A stretch of DNA of 64,000 bases. Origin: an uncultured Methanoregulaceae archaeon (lineage in GTDB: Archaea; Halobacteriota; Methanomicrobia; Methanomicrobiales; Methanospirillaceae). Where the stretch lies: the NCBI GenBank assembly GCA_963705255.1, contig OY970061.1, positions 320,001-384,000 on the forward strand, given 5' to 3'. Below the pieces are notes generated by a model. It worked only from the letters and a program-made list of their open reading frames with translations. It was not told where the DNA came from and did not search any database. Position 1 is the stretch's first letter. Every line of letters starts with the position of its first letter. A program made the position numbers and the translations under genes. Below are positions 52,958 through 64,000 of the stretch, piece after piece.

Positions 52958-53236
52958 CGTTCTCTCACACAACCTTCTCCAGCCTGTCCTGTTCCTGAAC
53001 ATATCCCCGGAACCCAGATAAGGGTTGGTACGGGAGAGATCGCAGCAACGGCCTCCGGTACCGGCTGTTTTTCATGATCAGGTGCATGCTGACCGTCGGC
53101 AAAATCCCCGGCCGTAAGCGGACAGATACCGATCTCCCGTTCTCCCCGGATCCAAAAGAGGCCCGGGTCCATAACCACCGGGTATGAGATAATCAAATGC
53201 CGGGAAAATAGCCGCCGCCATTCTTTGTAAAGCGCG

Positions 53237-54772
53237 TCAGTCTGCTTTCTCATACCGGGGCAATGACAGGGTGAAAGCAGTGCCGGCACCCGGTTCGCTC
53301 GTGACCGTGATATCCCCGTTGAGCAGTTCTGCCATCTTTTTTGCAACCGGCAGGCTGATCCCGACGAACCCGAACTTTTCCAGGAGCTTGGACTCATCCG
53401 TGACAAAGAATGGCTTGAAGAGATCCGGTATGACCTCCTGCGGGATGACTGCCCTCCTGTTTCTGATGGTGAAATGGTGATATTTTTCATTATCGTGCTG
53501 GGTGATCTCGATGTGTGCAGGTCCTGCGGAATAGCGGATCACGCTGAAGACCAGGCTCTGGACGATCAGGTAAAAATATTCGCTGTCCGTGACTATCTTC
53601 AGATCTTCGGGAATCTCGACGTCAATCGCGATATCGCTGGAGCATTTGAGCACGGAGATATAGGCATTGAGAAGATCCTTTGGCGAGGTCTGGCGGTACT
53701 GGGGTTTGAACCGGGGCAGCATCTGTTCCGGGCCGTACCCCATGTCACTCAGTTTGATGATATGCCCGATCATCTCACGCATCTTATCGGCATTTTCCGA
53801 ACACTTTTTCAGGAGGGAGCAGGCTTCTGCATTCAGGCCGTACGCATCCGGATCGTCGAGGATCATGTGCAGGTACCCCATGACCGGCTGGAGGGGGGTG
53901 CGCAGTTCGTGGGCGGTAAGGATAAAAAATTCCCGTTTCCGGGTCAGCTCGTGCCGGAGGTCCTCTTCAATCTTGCGCAGCTCGGTGATATCGAGCAGGG
54001 AATAGATCCTCCGCAGCGTTCCGGGGATCATGTCCAGGATCACGTAGATATTCCTTATACTGCCCCCGCGGTCCTTGAGCCGGAACTCGTAATGCCGGGG
54101 CAGGGTACCCGCGTTCTTCCGGACCAGATCGTGGAACTCCATCACCATCCCGAGGTCGTCCCTGACAATGAAGGGCAACAGGGTGAACACCTCGCAGAGT
54201 TCCTCTCTGGGGTAGCCGACCAGTTTCTCAAATTCGGAGTTGACAAGGAAGATGGTCAGGTCGTCATCCACGATAGCCATGGCGGTGCCCGAGCTCTCGA
54301 AGATAGCACGGTACAGGGTCTCGGACTGGATCAGGCTCTCTTCTGTGCGTCTCCGGTCCTCCTCGATATCTAGGGTCGAGCCAATGGTATCCAGCACCCG
54401 TTTCTCCTGCTCGTTGAGATCCACGTACGAGAAGCTCCTGAGCGCCGCTTCCTCGGTCTCGTAGAAGATGAAGATCCGGTTGAAACCCGCGAGGAAGAGG
54501 ATCTCCTGGACCCGGGGATTCAGGCAGGCTATCTTCAGCGTCCCCTGCTTTTTTTTCATCTTCCGCAGGCAGACAAGCATCACGCGGAGACCCGAACTGC
54601 TGATATACTGTACACCCGCGAGGTTGAGTATAATCTGGAGGCTGCCGGAGTCGACGAGCTGCCTCAGCACAGCATCCAGTTCGGCGGACGTGTTGGAGTC
54701 CAGCCTCCCCAACAGGTACACGACGTCAGCAGTGTCTGCTTTTTTCTGGCAGATCTCCAGGACCGCGGGCAT
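53237..54772 (-). CDS. STAS-PAS-histidine kinase fusion
   Basis: GRLDS...YISSSGLR (STAS), PAS, AHELRTPL, HATPase-like C-terminus. Confidence 0.9.
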   Translation of the reverse strand: MPAVLEICQKKADTADVVYLLGRLDSNTSAELDAVLRQLVDSGSLQIILNLAGVQYISSSGLRVMLVCLRKMKKKQGTLKIACLNPRVQEILFLAGFNRIFIFYETEEAALRSFSYVDLNEQEKRVLDTIGSTLDIEEDRRRTEESLIQSETLYRAIFESSGTAMAIVDDDLTIFLVNSEFEKLVGYPREELCEVFTLLPFIVRDDLGMVMEFHDLVRKNAGTLPRHYEFRLKDRGGSIRNIYVILDMIPGTLRRIYSLLDITELRKIEEDLRHELTRKREFFILTAHELRTPLQPVMGYLHMILDDPDAYGLNAEACSLLKKCSENADKMREMIGHIIKLSDMGYGPEQMLPRFKPQYRQTSPKDLLNAYISVLKCSSDIAIDVEIPEDLKIVTDSEYFYLIVQSLVFSVIRYSAGPAHIEITQHDNEKYHHFTIRNRRAVIPQEVIPDLFKPFFVTDESKLLEKFGFVGISLPVAKKMAELLNGDITVTSEPGAGTAFTLSLPRYEKAD

Positions 54773-55186
54773 TACCGGTTAATTCATTTGAGGTACTACA
54801 TAACCGTTAGGAAAAAGATCGGGAACGGAACGGTACCCGTACTGATCCCGCGGATCACCGACCTTTCCGGCGGCAGTTGTAGCGATAAACCGGCCATCCC
54901 GGCCCTCACCTCCCGTCCGGATAATCCACTGGACGGCAGTTGCCGGTAGTGCAACGAGATTCGGTTGCAACTGTCGTACCCCTTTTTTCCTGCAGGAAAC
55001 CACAGGTCGTTCCCATCATTCTATACGCCATGAGCGCGTATAGTAATAAAATCATACGCGGTTCTGGCACCAGTGCCAGCCGGATGAAGGACACCTTTGT
55101 TCCTCTCTTCTGCAAAACCCTTCGTGTGGAGAGTACCTGATGCCCGAAAAGAGCGGCACCGTGTGAAAAACGAGAACGATACGTCA

Positions 55187-55435
55187 ATGACATTACATTT
55201 CGAAAAACCTGAAATTCCGGGTACGAGGAGCGGGTATGTGATCCGGTTCTCCTGCCCGCTGTGCGCTGCCGAGAATGTTATCATCAACAAAACCCCGCGG
55301 GATCATTTCAAGGAATCCCGGATTGCACCGTGTACGCAGTGCAGGAAACGGTTTACCGTGGTAACCCCTCACCTGAACCAGAGACCGGGATACTCCCCGC
55401 TCCCCCCCTATGCCGGAGGTAAGGCACCGCGATAA
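55187..55435 (+). CDS. Small zinc-ribbon protein
   Basis: CPLC...CTQC. Confidence 0.65.
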   Translation: MTLHFEKPEIPGTRSGYVIRFSCPLCAAENVIINKTPRDHFKESRIAPCTQCRKRFTVVTPHLNQRPGYSPLPPYAGGKAPR

Positions 55436-55664
55436 ATTCCCGGCCTTTCGGACACCAACGGGATGCGTTCCCCGGTTTCATCATTTCCGGTGTACGACTT
55501 CCCCCCCGTGGGTTGTAAGGGGTTACCGTACTTGTGATCCAGGCCTGATATTTCAGCTCTTCCCATGATGCCTGTTCGTACCCGGCAGCTCCGTCCGTGC
55601 CGGATTAACCCTCTCCTTCTGGTGCTAAGCATTGATTTATCTGCAGGCAGCGGGAGTATAGACT

Positions 55665-55943
55665 ATGTCACCGCGACACGGACCCAGACCGGATCCCCGC
55701 AATCCGCAGTCCCATCTCGGGTCAAATCCCAGCCAGGACAAGGAGCGTCATGAGGAAGAGGACCGGCACCACCCCATGGATCACCTGCATCCCCACCCGG
55801 CCCATCACCCGCAGGCCAAACCGGCCCTCCAGCCCCGGCATAACGCACATTCCCATCCCCATGGCGATGAGTTGCCGGCCCATACCAATCCCCCCGGACC
55901 CATCAAGCCCTCCAAGAAGGTGACCAGGACCGGGAAATCCTGA
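55665..55943 (+). CDS. His/Pro-rich disordered small protein
   Basis: GGGAGT SD-like before ATG; many His residues in 92 aa. Confidence 0.5.
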   Translation: MSPRHGPRPDPRNPQSHLGSNPSQDKERHEEEDRHHPMDHLHPHPAHHPQAKPALQPRHNAHSHPHGDELPAHTNPPGPIKPSKKVTRTGKS

Positions 55944-56067
55944 TGCCGGGATCTCCTGCCATGGGCCGCATTCTGCATGGCTGCAGGATGAAATTTTTCC
56001 CGGTTTTCAATGTGCAAAAAAGAAGTATCCGACAACACCGTTGCGGAAATAAGAGAAAGGGTTACCC

Positions 56068-56400
56068 ATGTTACGACCAGAAGATGTTGAAACGATCCTG
56101 ACAACACACGATCTCTCGGTGTTTCTCAGGGATTTGGTGCGGAAAGAAGATCGCGATCTGAAAATTGATATTGACTATGAATCCGGTGAATTGTTCATCG
56201 ATTGCCCGGGCTTTTCCTATGGTCTCTCCGTGACCGCCGATCCCTTCGGTGTCTGGGTGATCAGCGAGATGATCTCGCAGGACAATGACGGGGTTTTTAC
56301 CCAGAGCGGGAACCTCCACAGGACTGAGAGGACCATGACCGTGCTCAGGGCCGTTGCCAGCTGGATTGTGGATATCGAAGAGAGTGCGCGAAAGGGTTGA
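56068..56400 (+). CDS. Hypothetical protein
   Basis: Protein-like acidic ORF, 110 aa. Confidence 0.75.
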   Translation: MLRPEDVETILTTHDLSVFLRDLVRKEDRDLKIDIDYESGELFIDCPGFSYGLSVTADPFGVWVISEMISQDNDGVFTQSGNLHRTERTMTVLRAVASWIVDIEESARKG

Positions 56401-56807
56401 AGACAGTATCCGTTTTTCAGGAAAGGCTGGCGGGTTCCGGAGGGAACCCTCCTTTCAAAGGAAAGGAGATCCGATAAGTACCTGCCCGTGAGGGCTGTTT
56501 CTGCAGGGGCGTCCCGGGGGATCGTGAATTATCTCCGTGGCGGGTTATGAGGCGGGACGGGTCGTTTTTCTATTCATCTTTCCTGCGATCTTACGCAATA
56601 CCCGGCCAGAAGAACCAGACAAGGCATACACCCGCGAGTGCAGCACAGGTCCGGAACCACCACTTCGTCCAGACCGGGCGAGCTTCCATGAAATCATAGC
56701 TGCGCGAATTCCGCTCGCCTCTTTCCAGCAGCCATTCCAGCCAGGTCACGGCAGGGTCCTGCAGGGAATACGCCGGCCGCTGTCCGCCGGGCCGGTCGCG
56801 GGGAACA

Positions 56808-57107
56808 TCAGAGCAGACCCCGGGCCTCATCAATAAGTTCTATCGTGTAGCGGTGGGGATAATCGCATTTCCTGAAAGGAGATGTTCCCATGATATAGAA
56901 CCCGAAACGGGGTTCGCGGATACGGTTGGTATAGAGAAAATTCAGCATGGCGCTGATCGATTGGGAGGATTTTCTTGACAGGTTAAGAAACAGGGCAATT
57001 TCGCGTGACGTTACCGCAGCCCGGGTAATTTTCTTCCGGAGCAGATAGCTACAGATAAGGTGGGCGCACTGGTACCGCCGCGTCGAATCTGTCCGCATAT
57101 GTCCCAT
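56808..57107 (-). CDS. Small basic, possible winged-helix protein
   Basis: AGGAGA SD; VTSREIA..L...SISAML.FL pattern. Confidence 0.65.
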   Translation of the reverse strand: MGHMRTDSTRRYQCAHLICSYLLRKKITRAAVTSREIALFLNLSRKSSQSISAMLNFLYTNRIREPRFGFYIMGTSPFRKCDYPHRYTIELIDEARGLL

Positions 57108-57180
57108 GTCTGTCTCCTTTTTTTATTGCTGATGCCTCATTTGGTTCTTCTGCGGATATAGCTGCGTATTGTGGGCAATT

Positions 57181-57364
57181 TTTGAAAATTGCCACCAACT
57201 GATCTGACAATTATTTTTTATTGCCGCAGCCGGAACTGGTAATTGAGCATGAAAATGCTATGAGCATTTTCAGCAACGTGCATGAAAGTCATGCTGACTT
57301 CATGCCCGTATTTTAAAATTCCCACCAACCGATCCGGGAATTATTTTTTATTGTCACTTCCGGA
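57181..57364. repeat. 54-bp imperfect direct repeat (57181, 57311) flanking two palindromes
   Basis: ttt.aaaatt.ccaccaac.gatc.g..aattattttttattg; gaaaatgct-atg-agcattttc lies between the copies. Confidence 0.7.
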
Positions 57365-57640
57365 CCCGGGACAAGAACAGGCAGCAGGGTTTCAGAACCC
57401 GGAGCATCGCGACAATCCAATAGGCGAAGGCGACACATCAGGCTGCAGCGGTTCGACGTCCCTTCCGGCATGAGTCGCATGCGCAAATATTCCGATTCCG
57501 GAAAAGATCGTTATCCGTATGTGGCGGCTCAGATGAAGGCGGCCCGAAAAAAGATTACCGTACCTATTGGGATCATTTTTTTGAGGTTAAAGAGAATCAC
57601 GTTGATGTTGATTTTCCTGAATTGGACCAGTATTTTCCAG

Positions 57641-58003
57641 TTAAGAGATTTTCTCCGATGAGGATCCATCTTCGCCTGACAGGGCATGCACTGCCTCAGG
57701 AACCGAGGGAACTAGCTGGAAGATCTGGTTAAATCCGGTGATCCTCAGGATCCTGTCGGTAAACCCGTTCGTGCTCTCCACGAGAATGAGGCGGGTTCCG
57801 TGTGTCCGGAGTCCGCGGTTGAATTCGAGCAGCCCCCGGAGCGCGCTGCTGTTGATATATTCCACGTGAAGCAGGTCGAGGACAACCGGCATATCCGGAA
57901 AGTCGTGGCAGGCCACTTCCAGTTTCTGGGCATCATTCGAATCCATCCCGCCGGTTATGGCCAGGATCAGCACGCCACTGACAACATTGGTTGAAATCTC
58001 CAT
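57641..58003 (-). CDS. Stand-alone STAS domain protein
   Basis: GGMDS, VVLDL..VEYINSSALR, ILRITGF. Confidence 0.88.
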   Translation of the reverse strand: MEISTNVVSGVLILAITGGMDSNDAQKLEVACHDFPDMPVVLDLLHVEYINSSALRGLLEFNRGLRTHGTRLILVESTNGFTDRILRITGFNQIFQLVPSVPEAVHALSGEDGSSSEKIS

Positions 58004-58559
58004 ATCATTCCCCCGATTGCTCCGGATATCCGTCATGTGTCGCCAGGCCAGACCCTGCTGCCTGAGGGAACGTATACGATCCGTTCTTCGTTTCCCCCTT
58101 GATGTTTCGATACCCGGGATCGCTCCCTGGTGTCGTGCGTTCGCTTTTCAGCCCGGATCTGCTCTGTCGTGTACCAGACTTGAATAAGATATCATATAAA
58201 GGCTGTGGAGAATCCCTCAAAACCCGGAAACAGCGATTCCAGGTCAATGATATCACGATGTACGTGCTCCGGGAGTATCTCTCAGTCTCCGGGAAGGGAA
58301 GCAGGCAGGGAAGACGATCCCCATGGCAGTACTGCCCGTCATGGGGCATGCTGTCGCCGGATCGATCGGTACGGTAACGATCTTCTCTTTTCCGTTCCCT
58401 CTGGTTTTTTCGTAACGGGAGGTCCTGCAAACATTGTTACAGTTTCAAAAACTTGGACATATCTTTATCAACAGGATTCTCCATAAGGGTATCCGGTAGC
58501 TGTCCCTTGAACTTCATACTCTCTGAAAGTTCCGAGCTGCCACAGATCGATTTGGAGGC

Positions 58560-58754
58560 ATGAACATGAGTAAAGTAGTAGCAGGCATATTGTTGCTTTT
58601 AACTGGACTTGCTCTGGTAGCTGGCGGGTATACGAGTCTCGGTACGCTCTATGCAACCGGTATCAGTCTTATAATTGCGGGTATCTTGATCATTATCCTG
58701 GCAATTAAGATGGCCATGGCAATGAAATGTGAAACAAAAACCCCAGCCAAGTAA
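58560..58754 (+). CDS. Small two-TM membrane protein
   Basis: GGAGG SD, two hydrophobic helices, T-tract after the stop. Confidence 0.75.
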   Translation: MNMSKVVAGILLLLTGLALVAGGYTSLGTLYATGISLIIAGILIIILAIKMAMAMKCETKTPAK

Positions 58755-59387
58755 TCTTTTTTTAGCGAATCCGCGCCACGCACCAGTGCTGGTGCAAACA
58801 ACAAAAGACAACGCACCGGAACCCAGAAATTAACGATGTACGTCCCGGCCGGCGAACCTTTGATTATTCAAAACCAATTGCGATCATACGTGCGTCCACT
58901 TTCACCCTGCCTTCAGCTCAGTTTCATCCACTCATTCAAACGAATACTGACCGATGGATTGCCTTTACACTTCATGCCTGGTATCTTGTCATCGATGTCA
59001 ACACGAATGGACGTATATGGGGTCACGGCTCGCCAGTCTGGAACGATCACGGAAGCCGGTCCACGTCCAGTGTCCTCGATGTCACAACCGGGTAAAGATG
59101 GATGTAAAGAATGCTGCATGACTAAAAATCTTTTAGGGTTACCCGACTAAAAAAGGACGCTGTTAGGTTTAGGCTCCTTTTTCTGAAAGACGTACTCATC
59201 ATATGTCGAAATTCCCATTGCAATCAGACTGAACACCATTGCCCGTCTCTCCGCTTCGCCCGTCTGTTCTCAACTCCCTGCCAGTACAGCCGGGATGATG
59301 CCGGTCCAATGTCCGGCCGGACTGCCGGGAGATGTCATGAGGGGTAGGAACCCTTCCCCCCAATCCATACCGCCCCTCCCGGCCCGT

Positions 59388-61788
<2,401 letters not shown>

Positions 61789-61811
61789 TTAGTTCGAATT
61801 TACCTAACTAA
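61789..61811. promoter_or_regulatory. Putative MarR operator at the lon start
   Basis: TTAGTTCGA-ATTTA-CCTAACTAA. Confidence 0.7.
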
Positions 61812-61828
61812 AGTCCAGGACAAAAAAA

Positions 61829-62248
61829 TTACCTGACTTTCTGCAGGATCCCGATCAGGAGACCCATCTCGTGTTCATCCAGTGAATCCATCATTCGTTC
61901 AATCACCCTGCGCAGGGCAGCCTGTTCGGCGTGTGCAATCTTCTGCCCTTTCTCGGTCAGGCGAATGTACAGGATCCTCCCGTCATCGGGACAGCGTTCC
62001 CGGTACACGCACTCCATCCGAACAAACCGGTTGATCATCTCGGTGATCGTGGGTTTTGAGTTCCGGGTGATCTCAGCAAGCCTGCTGAAGGTGACTTCCC
62101 CCTCTTCATCGATGGTCTTCAGATAAGCGATCTGCCTCACCGTCATATCCGATAATCCGCATTCGGAGAAGATAGTACAGGAGCATTCGTTCCTGATCCT
62201 GAGCAGGTTTTCAACCACTTCGAACAGATCCTCCTCACGTGCCACCAT
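61829..62248 (-). CDS. MarR family regulator
   Basis: TVRQIAYL, SKPTITEMINRF, DDGR...IRLTEKG. Confidence 0.93.
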   Translation of the reverse strand: MVAREEDLFEVVENLLRIRNECSCTIFSECGLSDMTVRQIAYLKTIDEEGEVTFSRLAEITRNSKPTITEMINRFVRMECVYRERCPDDGRILYIRLTEKGQKIAHAEQAALRRVIERMMDSLDEHEMGLLIGILQKVR

Positions 62249-62262
62249 ACTCCGATCCTTTG

Positions 62263-62289
62263 TTAGTTAGGTTTTGCCTAATTATAAAA
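62263..62289 (-). promoter_or_regulatory. TATA box with overlapping putative MarR operator
   Basis: TTAGTTAGG-TTTTG-CCTAATTAT (62263-62285) overlapping minus-strand TTTTATAA. Confidence 0.75.
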
Positions 62290-62385
62290 GTAATGATCCG
62301 GGAATCCCGGCTCTGACGCGGTCCCAGGAGTGGTTGCCGGTATGAAACGCCCCCTGCTGGAGTGGAGGAGAATTTCTTTTCCTTA

Positions 62386-63297
62386 TCAGGTCCCATACGA
62401 AAGGAACGTGAGGACGATGCTGGCAAATGCATCGGGATACTGGTACATCACGCCATGTCCGCCACCCCGCATCCTGACGACCCATGACTGGGGCACTTTT
62501 CCGGCTATGATAAGTGAGTTGCCGGGAGGAGTAAGGAGATCCTGGTCGCCCGTTATCAGCAGGAGCGGCTGCTCCATATCCGGGAGCCGGGAGTAAGAAC
62601 CGTTCCATGTCATCATCGCCGTGTACTGGCGTCTGACATTCTCTGCAGGGCTCATCGATGTGACGTTCGGGAAGTATTTTGAAGGGTCAGGGTTTTCTTT
62701 CAGCCATACCGGGGGGAACATCTCCTTAAAGAGCCTTTCACCCCGCTCTCTGTCGGTACCCGTGGTGTTCTGGATGGACTCCAGATCCTGCGGCGCGGGT
62801 GAGAGTGCTTCCTTTCCCCCGGGGTCTCCGGCATACAGAATGAGTTTATCCACTTTTTCCGGATAATCGAGCGTTAATTCCTGTGCGATATTCGTACCCA
62901 TGGAGAAACCCATGACATCCGCTTTTTCGATCTTCAGCGCATCCATGAGACCAGCGGTGTCATCAGCAAAAAGCCGGATGGAATATTCTTTGTCCGAGGA
63001 TGTCGTATGGCCCATTCCCCGGTTATCGAAGATGATGACCCGATACTGTTCTGCGAGCTGGTTCACCACGCGGGGGTCCCAGAGATCCATGGTCCCTGAA
63101 TAGCCCATGATCAGGACAAGAGGTTCGCCGGATCCGACTTCCTTGTAGGCGATGGTGATGTCACCAACGGGTACCGTTTTCATTTCAGCCCTGGTTATGT
63201 CTGCTTGTGGCGATGCATGTGTGCATCCGGCACCAGCGAGGAAAAGCGCACATATAAGCACAACCTGCACACTCATGACCATGGTCTTTGGAATCAT
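62386..63297 (-). CDS. Alpha/beta hydrolase lipoprotein
   Basis: GAGC; FDNRGMG, GFSMG, GDQD, GGGHG. Confidence 0.93.
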   Translation of the reverse strand: MIPKTMVMSVQVVLICALFLAGAGCTHASPQADITRAEMKTVPVGDITIAYKEVGSGEPLVLIMGYSGTMDLWDPRVVNQLAEQYRVIIFDNRGMGHTTSSDKEYSIRLFADDTAGLMDALKIEKADVMGFSMGTNIAQELTLDYPEKVDKLILYAGDPGGKEALSPAPQDLESIQNTTGTDRERGERLFKEMFPPVWLKENPDPSKYFPNVTSMSPAENVRRQYTAMMTWNGSYSRLPDMEQPLLLITGDQDLLTPPGNSLIIAGKVPQSWVVRMRGGGHGVMYQYPDAFASIVLTFLSYGT

Positions 63298-63369
63298 GAA
63301 CTCTCTGATGAACCCTTTTGATGGGATCGTTTAAAAGAATACTGAGAGGTCATCAGGGTGGAGCGCGGC

Positions 63370-63457
63370 AGTTGAAGATCTCCGATCTTCTCCACCTCTC
63401 CTTACGGTTCGGCAGTCATAGATCTCCGATCTTCCTGGCTTCGCCTTACGGTTCGGG
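63370..63457 (-). repeat. Two tandem family B hairpin elements
   Basis: Minus strand: ccgaaccgtaagg...ggaagatc-gga-gatctatgactgccgaaccgtaagg...ggagaagatc-gga-gatcttcaact. Confidence 0.7.
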
Positions 63458-63766
63458 CATTCCCACAAAGCGCTGGCGTTTCGCGGTTGAACAATTCCGG
63501 AACGGACGGAGGCCGGTTCGGGAGAGAAGTGGAGGACCGGAGTCTGGACAGGGTGTGGATCTATCCAGGGTATCCCGCGCCATTCTGGTTTCAGGCATCC
63601 GCTGCCCGCCAGTGCCGGAAACCGGGCCCCCGTTTCCGTCATCCCGCGATGATCTTGTTTCTGCCCGGTGAACCGGTGCAGGAAATGAATGCGGGTGGCA
63701 TGCCGGAGTGGTACCCGCGACCATGACTATTTATATCTCTACCAGATTATACAGTCAGATTGCTCT

Positions 63767-64000
63767 ATGCCCCCCATGTATCGCGTTCTCTATGTCGATG
63801 ACGAGCCCGCCCTGCTCGATATTACCAAACGGTTCCTGGAGAAGACCGGGCTTTTTTCTGTCGACTGCGTACTCTCGGGGAGCGAAGCCCTCGGCCGGAT
63901 CGCTGCCGGGCACTATGACGCAGTAGTCGCGGATTACCAGATGCCGGGGATGAACGGGATCACCCTGTTAAAGAAGGTGCGTGAAACCGATACGTCGCTC
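63767..64000 (+). CDS. Receiver-domain protein (5' part only)
   Basis: RVLYVDDEPALL...DAVVADYQMPGMNGI. Confidence 0.9.
   Translation, partial: MPPMYRVLYVDDEPALLDITKRFLEKTGLFSVDCVLSGSEALGRIAAGHYDAVVADYQMPGMNGITLLKKVRETDTSL

Noticed and set aside
58780-59330. Short ORFs between the small membrane protein and lon
   Set aside because: No recognisable motif or clear start signals; may be a gene remnant but cannot be supported.

Overview
Archaeal chromosomal window that looks like a Methanomicrobiales (Methanoregula-like) methanogen: TBP, aIF-1A, thermosome, class II RNR, archaeal REC/PAS kinases and typical signal peptides. Taxonomy is inferred, not searched. No rRNA, tRNA, CRISPR array, transposase or integrase was recognised. 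The first ~17.6 kb is an accessory, island-like region with KilA-N, VapBC, an AAA/DUF4143 ATPase, two MNT-HEPN pairs and a deaminase/YhcG scar. It holds three co-oriented cassettes. Each has the same ~260-bp promoter plus structured 5' leader, which drives a secreted protein with a different predicted peptidase fold (caspase-like His-Cys, glutamic G1-like, papain/C39-like) followed by membrane-tethered partner genes. This is the best candidate for an undescribed system. The rest encodes exported hydrolases, an ABC exporter, an orphan prim-pol, a NYN protein, signalling genes (including a His-less kinase and a STAS-kinase fusion), aspartase and a MarR-Lon unit with paired operators. Two dispersed hairpin repeat families, a 59-bp tandem array and a 21-bp coding repeat are present. 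About a dozen genes carry frameshifts, most likely assembly indels.
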